This document shows positions 17,934 to 24,000 of a DNA stretch of 24,000 bases, one piece after another. A program made the translations under genes and the position numbers. How positions within the stretch are numbered: the first letter of the stretch is position 1; every line of letters starts with the position of its first letter. Under the pieces are notes generated by a model. It was not told where the DNA came from and did not search any database. It worked only from the letters and a program-made list of their open reading frames with translations. The stretch is taken from NCBI RefSeq assembly GCF_000763315.1, contig NZ_JPST01000036.1:2277-26276 (forward strand). Reading direction: 5' to 3'. The DNA is from Thermoactinomyces daqus (GTDB lineage: Bacteria; Bacillota; Bacilli; Thermoactinomycetales; Thermoactinomycetaceae).

Positions 17934-18110
17934 GTGCAATACTTTATGGTTCCATTACTGGTCTTGATCAGCATTTTCGCGATTCGCGGCACCTATTACA
18001 ACAAAAAGACCGGCAACAAGCCGGGTTTCATCATCGGCGGAATCTTCACATTGGGTCTCGTCGGTGTCACTGTACTCGCTTTGTATGATTTCTTTGTCGG
18101 TCTGCAATAA
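17934..18110 (+). CDS. Possible 58-aa two-TM mini-protein
   Basis: The ORF GTG...TAA encodes VQYFMVPLLVLISIFAIRGTYYNKKTGNKPGFIIGGIFTLGLVGVTVLALYDFFVGLQ. A strong terminator follows immediately. The start codon is uncertain (GTG 17934 or ATG 17946). Confidence 0.45.
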   Translation: MQYFMVPLLVLISIFAIRGTYYNKKTGNKPGFIIGGIFTLGLVGVTVLALYDFFVGLQ

Positions 18111-18114
18111 GAGT

Positions 18115-18153
18115 GAGGAGACTCCACTAGGCACGGAGTCTCCTCATTTTTTT
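18115..18153 (+). terminator. Rho-independent terminator
   Basis: GAGGAGACTCC, a 9-nt loop and GGAGTCTCCTC are followed by ATTTTTTT. Confidence 0.8.
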
Positions 18154-18208
18154 AACGCATCGGATCATAGCGAAGGGATCGCTGTGCGTTCCCGGCTTCA
18201 CCAGTTTG

Positions 18209-19033
18209 TCACAGCGATTTAAACTGTTCCACCTGAGACCGGATTGCCTTTTCCGTAGGCAGTCTCTCTATGCTGGATGCTCCGAAGAATCCGGCCACCC
18301 CTTTGGTGGATGCGAGGATTTTTTGCACATCGGCCGGTTCGGCAATCGGTCCGCCATGGCACAAGACGATGATGTCCGGATTCACCTCTTTTGCCGCATC
18401 ATGTATGGCTTGAATCCGTTCAGCTGATTCTTCCAGCGTGAGCGCTGTCTCCGCGCCGATTGATCCTTTGGTGGTCAGACCCATATGGGCAACCAGCACA
18501 TCCGCTCCTGCTTCTGCCATCGCAATCGCTTCCCGTTGGTTAAATACATAGGGACAGGTAAGCAGATCCAATTCATGGGCGATTCGGATCATTTCGACTT
18601 CCAGGTTGAACCCCATTCCCGTTTCTTCGAGATTTTGGCGAAACACCCCGTCGATCAGGCCGACAGTGGGGAAATTTTGTACTCCGTCAAAGCCCATCTC
18701 TTTCAATTGTTTGAGAAACACGGGCATCTGACGGAAGGGATCTGTTCCGCACACTCCGGCCAAGACAGGAGTGTTTTTGACAATCGGCAATACCTCCGCT
18801 GCCATTTCCACCACAATCCCGTTCGCGTCTCCATAAGGCATCAGCCCGGCAAGTGAACCGCGGCCGGCCATGCGGTACCGACCCGAATTATAAATAATGA
18901 TGAGATCTGCGCCACCCTGTTCGGCGAATTTGGCGGAAATGCCTGTCCCCGCACCGCAGCCGATAATCACCGATCCGTCTTCGATCGTCTGTTTCAAGCG
19001 CTTCAGTGCATCATCACGAGTGATAAAAGGCAT
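18209..19033 (-). CDS. Phosphoenolpyruvate-hydrolase-like TIM-barrel protein (PF09370-type)
   Basis: The 274-aa product reads ...[49 protein letters not shown]..., typical of this family. It normally pairs with a UPF0261 gene. Confidence 0.8.
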   Translation of the reverse strand: MPFITRDDALKRLKQTIEDGSVIIGCGAGTGISAKFAEQGGADLIIIYNSGRYRMAGRGSLAGLMPYGDANGIVVEMAAEVLPIVKNTPVLAGVCGTDPFRQMPVFLKQLKEMGFDGVQNFPTVGLIDGVFRQNLEETGMGFNLEVEMIRIAHELDLLTCPYVFNQREAIAMAEAGADVLVAHMGLTTKGSIGAETALTLEESAERIQAIHDAAKEVNPDIIVLCHGGPIAEPADVQKILASTKGVAGFFGASSIERLPTEKAIRSQVEQFKSL

Positions 19034-19047
19034 AAAAAAACCCCCTC

Positions 19048-19410
19048 TTATTTTTCTTCATTTTGCAGAAATTCAAGCAGTTTATCCGTCACGGCCCGGG
19101 CGAATAAGGGATCGTTAATATTGCAGTCAAGTTCGATAATCGGGATTTCGCTCTTTGTATTCTTCTTGATCGCATCAAACAGAGCCTGATCAGCTTCCGG
19201 CCACCAAAAGTCTCTATCCGGGGCATCCAATTCGGATATGCCCTGAAGCGGAAGGAAAATGGCGACAGGCCCTTTGGACTGGTTTGCCTTCTCGGCCAGA
19301 ATCCGGCCCAGTTCTTCATTCTCTTCCGGAGTGGTTCTCATCAGCGTGACATTCTCATTCCAGGCATAGAGTAACCGGTTTTTATACTTGTCGGGTACAC
19401 CTGAAGTCAC
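19048..19410 (-). pseudogene. C-terminal fragment (~120 aa) of a UPF0261 / Tm-1-like ATP-binding protein
   Basis: VPDKYKNRLLYAWNENVTLMRTTPEENEELGRILAEKANQSKGPVAIFLPLQGISELD... corresponds to the C-terminal part of proteins that are normally ~400 aa. The reading frame runs into AT-rich foreign sequence and meets TGA TGA at 19429-19434. Confidence 0.75.
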
Positions 19411-19491
19411 ATTTGCTAAAAACTTTTTTCATCATGTATGTAACGTCAGGTTATTCGATGTCACCAAAAAACACTCTGGGAGGAATTCAAA

Positions 19492-20484
19492 ATGAAAAAA
19501 CATATCAAAGGCCAACAAGTTGAACGGAAAGGTTTGCACCATGTTTATGGAGAACCTGCTGACAATTTCAATAATCGCTGGCAACCAATGGCCTACACCA
19601 CAAAAGAAATGAATGAATGGGCAATCGAAGCAAAACCTTTTGTTGAATGGGCACAAAATGAAACTGATCCACAAAAGCAAAAAGAAATTCTTGAAATGTC
19701 AGTTGGTTTGAACAAGTTGATGAACATCTATTTTGGTTATCGTGGTGAAGGCGGGAAAAATGACGTTCAACGGTTGACAGAAAAACTTTGGTATCCACTT
19801 CCCGATGAATCAATTATCACAAACAATGCTTGGAAGCTGCTGAAGGAAGCAATTCTTGAATACGACATTTCAATTGGTGATTTCAAACCGTTCTATGACA
19901 AAAAGTTGAAAAAACGTGCAACATCGGATTTGAACAAAGTAAAGGAAAATCGTGCAGAAAAGCAGGTCCCAGTCAGTCAATTGGAATCATACAAATCTAA
20001 GAATTCAAATGATGATGCTGATCAGTCGGAATTTGTTTATGGAATCGTCGAAGATAACTACTCACTTGAAGTTGATGACGAACTTCAATATTACGTGAAG
20101 AGATTGTTGAAGAATATTCCGGGAAGAAAAAATGCCAAAGAAAAACAAAAATTCATCCTTGATTTTATCATAAAAGATATGGTGAAGTCACAAACCGAAA
20201 GGAAAGCATTGATTGAACGGAAATTCCCAACAAAAGAAGTTGCTGAAAATTTAACAGAAAAATTTGGTGGAACTTTTGATGCAAATAAACGGTTTGTCAT
20301 TCGTTTCAGAGAGCAAGCAATGGAAGAACTTGAATTGCTTGGGCACAAATTGAACACCACTTACACCAACGACAAAAAAGTGCTGAAAGAACGGAATATG
20401 AAAAAATTCTTCAACAAAGAAACACACGAGAAAAACAAGCACTATTCAGAATACCTGGAAAAATTCAAGAAAGGTCTTGCTTAA
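19492..20484 (+). CDS. Hypothetical 330-aa protein with weak sigma-70-like region 2 / region 4 features
   Basis: GGGAGG-N8-ATG start. AWKLLKEAILEYDISIGDFKPFYDKKLKKRATSDL resembles sigma region 2. ERKALIERKFPTKEVAENLTEKFGGTFDANKRFVIRFREQAMEEL resembles region 4. This assignment is only a hypothesis. Confidence 0.7.
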   Translation: MKKHIKGQQVERKGLHHVYGEPADNFNNRWQPMAYTTKEMNEWAIEAKPFVEWAQNETDPQKQKEILEMSVGLNKLMNIYFGYRGEGGKNDVQRLTEKLWYPLPDESIITNNAWKLLKEAILEYDISIGDFKPFYDKKLKKRATSDLNKVKENRAEKQVPVSQLESYKSKNSNDDADQSEFVYGIVEDNYSLEVDDELQYYVKRLLKNIPGRKNAKEKQKFILDFIIKDMVKSQTERKALIERKFPTKEVAENLTEKFGGTFDANKRFVIRFREQAMEELELLGHKLNTTYTNDKKVLKERNMKKFFNKETHEKNKHYSEYLEKFKKGLA

Positions 20485-20520
20485 AATAGATAACTTGTAG
20501 AATTTGCAGATTTCAAACAA

Positions 20521-20546
20521 GGTGGGGAAATTCAACCTTCCCCACC
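20521..20546 (+). terminator. Hairpin after the 330-aa gene
   Basis: GGTGGGGAA, an 8-nt loop and TTCCCCACC form the stem. An A-run rather than a T-run follows on the + strand, so terminator function is uncertain. Confidence 0.35.
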
Positions 20547-20574
20547 ACAAAAAAAATTTCTCCTTATGTCACCT

Positions 20575-20603
20575 TTGAGTAAAACGTTCCCCATATATAT
20601 AGT
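20575..20603 (+). promoter_or_regulatory. Candidate SigA-type promoter
   Basis: TTGAGT-N17-TATAGT. The predicted transcript start would fall in or after the GAGGAGG RBS of the next gene, which argues against it or implies a very short leader. Confidence 0.3.
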
Positions 20604-20618
20604 GAGGAGGTAAAAACA

Positions 20619-20879
20619 ATGAAAAACAAAACAAAAGAACAACTGAAAATTTGGTCCGCTGGAAATGGTCGGTTCTTCGCTTACACTGAAAACTTGAAGC
20701 TGAAAAACAAACTGGAAAGCATTGATGGAATTAGATTGATTGGATCATATCATACGCAGAAAGGTAAATTGTTTGGCCTTCAATTTGTGATTGACAATAT
20801 TGAACTTAAAGAACATTTTGTCAAAATTGCTAAAGATGGAAACGTTGCAGAAACTAAAAAGCAACTTTCACTTTTCTAA
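20619..20879 (+). CDS. Hypothetical 86-aa protein
   Basis: The ORF has a GAGGAGG-N8-ATG start. No family was recognised. Confidence 0.65.
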   Translation: MKNKTKEQLKIWSAGNGRFFAYTENLKLKNKLESIDGIRLIGSYHTQKGKLFGLQFVIDNIELKEHFVKIAKDGNVAETKKQLSLF

Positions 20880-20894
20880 AAGGAGGAATTGAAG

Positions 20895-21101
20895 ATGAAA
20901 AAATCCCAGACAAAAACAATCTGTTGTGTCATTTGTGGTGCAGAAGAAGCAGTCAATGAGAAAACTTCCACTGATGGAATTGCACCTGATTGGTTCATCT
21001 TTAATGAAACGATTAATGAATTTGTTTGTTCTTGGGAATGTGATGAAATTGCAGAAGGAATGTTCAATTGTGGTTCTGGATATTTCATTGAGGAAATTTG
21101 A
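20895..21101 (+). CDS. Cys-rich 68-aa protein, a putative zinc-binding protein
   Basis: AAAGGAGG-N7-ATG start. Cysteines are arranged CCVIC...CSWEC...C. Confidence 0.6.
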   Translation: MKKSQTKTICCVICGAEEAVNEKTSTDGIAPDWFIFNETINEFVCSWECDEIAEGMFNCGSGYFIEEI

Positions 21102-21114
21102 GGAGGTGTAGAAA

Positions 21115-21546
21115 TTGCCTAAAGAAAAATTGCCATCTGCAAAAAATTGGCGGGAACGGAAAATTGAAACCTGGAATGCGACAACTTTTCATGAATATTT
21201 GAAACATAAACATCAGGAGAGATTTTCCCTTTCCTATCGGGCAGGCAACATTAGAGGCCAGAATTCACAGATAAAACGGTTGTATGAAGAAATCGGAAAA
21301 GAAGCAACTAAGGAATTCATTGACCTGTGCTTCCAAACCTACAAACCAAGGCAAGGTTACAATAGTTTAAATTTCTTTTACATGATTAGAAGCATGAATT
21401 TCCTGATCCCAAAAGCAGTTGACAACATTGAACGGAAAAGAAAAATTGCAGAAATGAAACAACGTCAACAACAACAAGAAATTCAACAACCTGAAGTTAA
21501 TAAAGGTGAAGTTGAAAACATTCTTAAATATTGGGGGATTGAGTAA
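21115..21546 (+). CDS. Hypothetical 143-aa protein (basic N-terminus, Gln-rich C-terminus)
   Basis: AGGAGG-N8-TTG start. Its TAA stop overlaps the ATG of the next gene (TAATG). No family was recognised. Confidence 0.65.
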   Translation: MPKEKLPSAKNWRERKIETWNATTFHEYLKHKHQERFSLSYRAGNIRGQNSQIKRLYEEIGKEATKEFIDLCFQTYKPRQGYNSLNFFYMIRSMNFLIPKAVDNIERKRKIAEMKQRQQQQEIQQPEVNKGEVENILKYWGIE

Positions 21547-22331
21547 TGAGAAAAACTAATGAAAAGAATTGCATTCTTCGGGGAGTTTGTGTAAAAGCAG
21601 GTTCTGAATCGCATTGTAATAAACTTTGTCCACTTTACAATTCTATGCACGGTCATAAAGGAATAGGTGGTCGTGTAGCAATGGCAAACATTCCAAAGGA
21701 TTATCAGAAAATGACCATTTCTCACAATCCAGTTCGTGAAGTACAAAAACAAGCATATTTCCTGATTGACCGTTGGGCAAAGAAGTTTTTCCCTCTGATC
21801 TTTGAAGAAAATGCGGAAAGAATTAAACCACTTTACCTTTATTCAAAAGAAGTCGGAACCGGAAAAACAGCAACTGCTGCTTCTATTGCAAATTCATTTT
21901 TGGTTTACACCTTCACAGAAGCATTGAAACGTGGACAGCAGCCATTAGAACGTCCAGTATATTTCTTGGATTTTAACCAATGGCAAAGGGAATTTGCTGC
22001 TTTCAATAATCCAAAGATTCCCCGTGATATGGGAGAAAAAATGGCACGTAAGTTTTACGAAATCCGGGATATTGCAAAGGACGTTCTTTTACTTGTGGTT
22101 GATGATATTGGAATTGAGGACCCAAGCAATGCTTTCCATGGAATTGCCCATGATTTGATCAACCACAGACTTGTGAATTGGTTGCCCACAATATTTACGT
22201 CAAACGTTGAGATGGAAGATTTGCTTTTACGTTATGATAAACGGCTATTTGATCGAATTCGAGACCACAATTCCCAAATTGAATTCATTGGAACTTCCCA
22301 CCGTGGAATGAGACAGGATTTTGACGTTTAA
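21546..22331 (+). CDS. DnaC/DnaI-like AAA+ helicase loader
   Basis: Walker A is SKEVGTGKTATA and Walker B is LLLVVDDIG. The N-terminal Cys/His cluster CILRGVCVKAGSESHCNKLCPLYNSMHGH resembles the DnaI zinc module. Confidence 0.8.
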   Translation: MRKTNEKNCILRGVCVKAGSESHCNKLCPLYNSMHGHKGIGGRVAMANIPKDYQKMTISHNPVREVQKQAYFLIDRWAKKFFPLIFEENAERIKPLYLYSKEVGTGKTATAASIANSFLVYTFTEALKRGQQPLERPVYFLDFNQWQREFAAFNNPKIPRDMGEKMARKFYEIRDIAKDVLLLVVDDIGIEDPSNAFHGIAHDLINHRLVNWLPTIFTSNVEMEDLLLRYDKRLFDRIRDHNSQIEFIGTSHRGMRQDFDV

Positions 22332-22344
22332 GGGGGAAACCTGA

Positions 22345-23190
22345 ATGGATTATAAATCGAAGTTCAAAATTGGTGATTTGGTTGTTGTAAAAAAGATTCC
22401 TAATGAAGTTTGGAAAATTGATACCATTCATTATGGAGTGGTCAATTTTTACTACATCATCAATACAATGTCGAATCTTCCTTATTTCTGTGCAGAATTT
22501 GAACTTGAACATGCAGAAATGGGTTCAGATCGAAATTCTAAATTTAAGGTTGGGGATTTGGTTGTTGATAAAACTATGCCTGATGCTGTTTTTAAAGTTG
22601 AAGAAATTAATTATGGAAAAATGAATGGGTACACAGTGAGTGATTTACAAAACGGAACCTTATTCTATTTTTTGGAAATTGAACTTGAACATGCAGAACC
22701 GTCAAAACCAGAACTAAAATTGATTGGATCAAAATTCAAACCTGGTGACATCGTGATGGTTGATGGATATATTGGACAATTTAAAGTAATTGAATGTACT
22801 GGTTATGAACCAATGGTTGAAGATGTTATTTATAAATTGATCAATATTCACACTGGTGAAGAAGTTTTTGGTGCTGAATGGGATATGAAATTTTTTGGTA
22901 AGAAAAATGAAATAATCAATATAAAATTGAATGTTGAAACTGGTTATATTGAACAATTGCCAAAGAAACAACCACAACCAAAGAAAACACCAAAACATAG
23001 AACACTTGAAGCTGGAATTATTTCCAAACTTGAATACAATAGATTCCTTGTAGAAAAAGGAAAACAAATGATTGATGATTATCTTGATTTATTTAGTAAT
23101 TTTGGTGACGAAAAATACCTAAGGAGAATCAAACGGATCAACAATTTTATCAATAAAATTCCTGTTCGTGCATTTCAAATTGAAGATTGA
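22345..23190 (+). CDS. Protein with three tandem ~60-aa repeats and a helical C-terminal tail
   Basis: Repeats begin SKFKIGDLVVVKK, SKFKVGDLVVDKT and SKFKPGDIVMVDG. Repeats 1 and 2 both end E(F/I)ELEHAE. GGGGGAAA-N5-ATG start. Confidence 0.75.
   Translation: MDYKSKFKIGDLVVVKKIPNEVWKIDTIHYGVVNFYYIINTMSNLPYFCAEFELEHAEMGSDRNSKFKVGDLVVDKTMPDAVFKVEEINYGKMNGYTVSDLQNGTLFYFLEIELEHAEPSKPELKLIGSKFKPGDIVMVDGYIGQFKVIECTGYEPMVEDVIYKLINIHTGEEVFGAEWDMKFFGKKNEIINIKLNVETGYIEQLPKKQPQPKKTPKHRTLEAGIISKLEYNRFLVEKGKQMIDDYLDLFSNFGDEKYLRRIKRINNFINKIPVRAFQIED
22357..22902 (+). repeat. Three tandem ~180-190-nt coding repeats
   Basis: Repeat units start at 22357, 22537 and 22729. The shared exact strings are gatttggttgttg and gaacttgaacatgcagaa. 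Repeat 3 is more diverged. Confidence 0.7.
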
Positions 23191-23206
23191 ATGGGAGGAA
23201 TTTTGA

Positions 23207-24000
23207 ATGACCATTGCAAGCATGAAATTCTTTTCAAAAATGCTCGATCTGAAATTTACTGATGCATTTGTTCAATACGGAATTACTGAAGAAAAATTGA
23301 CCACAAAAACAGAACGGGAAATTTTCAACTTCATTGACGAATACATCACCAGAAATGGTGAAACTCCCACGCCTGAAGAAATTGCAGTTAAGTTTGAAGG
23401 GTTTGTTTATACTCCAACCAATTCTTCCTTTGATGTTTTGGCTGAAGAAATTAATCAAAACCACGCAAAGAATGAATTGATCCGATTGATTCAAGGAAGG
23501 ATTAACGCTGAAGATGAATTTGAGAAGAAAGAAAACCTGAATGATCTTTTGAACAAAAAGTCAGGGTTTGAATTGATTGATCTGTTGCAGAAGCAATTGG
23601 AACAAATTAAAACGGAGACTTTGACACAAAAGAAAGTTGGCCTTTCTTTAACTGAAGATTATGATTGGTTCTTTGAAGAGTACGAAAACCGGAAACAAGG
23701 GAAATCGTTTAAAGTTTGGGAATCGAAATTCCCTAAACTGAATCGTGTTTTAGGTGGTGGTTATGTTTCTGGCAACCTTTACACCTTTTATGGTCGATCT
23801 GGTCGTGGTAAGTCAATCATCATGTTGGAAGAAGCAATAAACGCAGCAGTTCACGGTGCAAAAGTTTTGTATTGGGGATTGGAAATGATTGCTTTTGAAA
23901 TGTTTTGTAGGGCTTATGCATCTTTATCCTCCCGTCAGAAATTGTTTAGGGGAAGTTTGACAGACGAACAATTGCAGCAGATTTTTGGTAACAGTGATGA
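23207..24000 (+). CDS. DnaB-type replicative helicase (5' part, open at the window end)
   Basis: GGGAGG-N8-ATG start. The frame is open for all 264 remaining codons. LNRVLGGGYVSGNLYTFYGRSGRGKSIIMLEEA is the DnaB-family Walker A region. It is absent from the ORF track because no stop lies in the window. Confidence 0.85.
   Translation, partial: MTIASMKFFSKMLDLKFTDAFVQYGITEEKLTTKTEREIFNFIDEYITRNGETPTPEEIAVKFEGFVYTPTNSSFDVLAEEINQNHAKNELIRLIQGRINAEDEFEKKENLNDLLNKKSGFELIDLLQKQLEQIKTETLTQKKVGLSLTEDYDWFFEEYENRKQGKSFKVWESKFPKLNRVLGGGYVSGNLYTFYGRSGRGKSIIMLEEAINAAVHGAKVLYWGLEMIAFEMFCRAYASLSSRQKLFRGSLTDEQLQQIFGNSD

Larger units (their letters stand above)
19411..24000. mobile_element. End of a phage-like element (prophage, satellite or remnant) that continues beyond the window
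   Basis: There is an abrupt drop in GC. Hand counts give 34/60 GC at 18841-18900, against 26/60 at 19501-19560 and 16/60 at 22861-22920. All genes are on the + strand, tightly packed or overlapping, and include a helicase-loader plus DnaB replication module. Confidence 0.7.

Noticed and set aside
19432-19680. Minus-strand ORFs inside the AT-rich element: 19432..19680, 19568..19813, 20091..20360, 20251..20442, 20876..21088, 21483..21752, 22285..22512, 22729..23067, 23234..23494.
   Set aside because: All are antisense to + strand genes that have strong RBSs. They are Phe/Ile/Asn-rich, as expected for random frames in AT-rich DNA. The last one overlaps the open DnaB frame.
19492-20879. Whether the 330-aa gene plus the following small gene form an arbitrium-like (AimR/AimP) or Rap/Phr peptide-signalling pair.
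   Set aside because: I see no TPR-like repeat pattern in the 330-aa protein. The 86-aa product has no signal peptide or short secreted-peptide layout. The intergenic region holds no mini-ORF.
1-24000. CRISPR arrays, tRNA/rRNA genes, IS elements with terminal inverted repeats, integrase or transposase genes.
   Set aside because: I found no spaced direct-repeat arrays, no cloverleaf-compatible or rRNA-like segments, and no recombinase-like ORFs on either strand.

Overview
The first ~19.4 kb is chromosomal backbone of a moderately GC-rich, endospore-forming Firmicute. From ~19,411 to the window end it is followed by an abruptly AT-rich, phage-like element with all genes on the + strand. Backbone gene order resembles the Bacillus subtilis yqk/yqj region as I recall it. 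It holds deoB, a YqzK-like small membrane protein, ald, fur, spoIIM, a membrane protein, an EamA transporter, endonuclease Q-like plus nudF, a frameshifted fructosamine-kinase gene, an EcsC-family protein, hemolysin III and a YqjE-like M20 peptidase. It also holds a methylmalonyl-CoA operon: split B12-dependent mutase, epimerase and carboxyltransferase. The backbone ends with a PEP-hydrolase-like TIM-barrel gene and only the C-terminal ~120 codons of its usual partner, a UPF0261/Tm-1-like gene. That gene is cut at the composition break. The main finding is therefore a mobile element inserted in, or deleted against, the UPF0261 gene. Its visible 4.6 kb encodes a 330-aa orphan with weak sigma-factor-like features, three small orphans (one Cys-rich), a DnaC/DnaI-like helicase loader, a protein of three tandem ~60-aa repeats, and a DnaB-type helicase running off the window. 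No integrase, repressor, structural genes, tRNA, rRNA or CRISPR array is visible. Secondary observations are several unannotated mini-genes, a hairpin-rich unexplained 0.5-kb gap, a terminator directly upstream of deoB, and three places where adding one nucleotide in a homopolymer would restore a reading frame. All functional calls rest on reading the translated ORFs and remembered family motifs. No database search was run.
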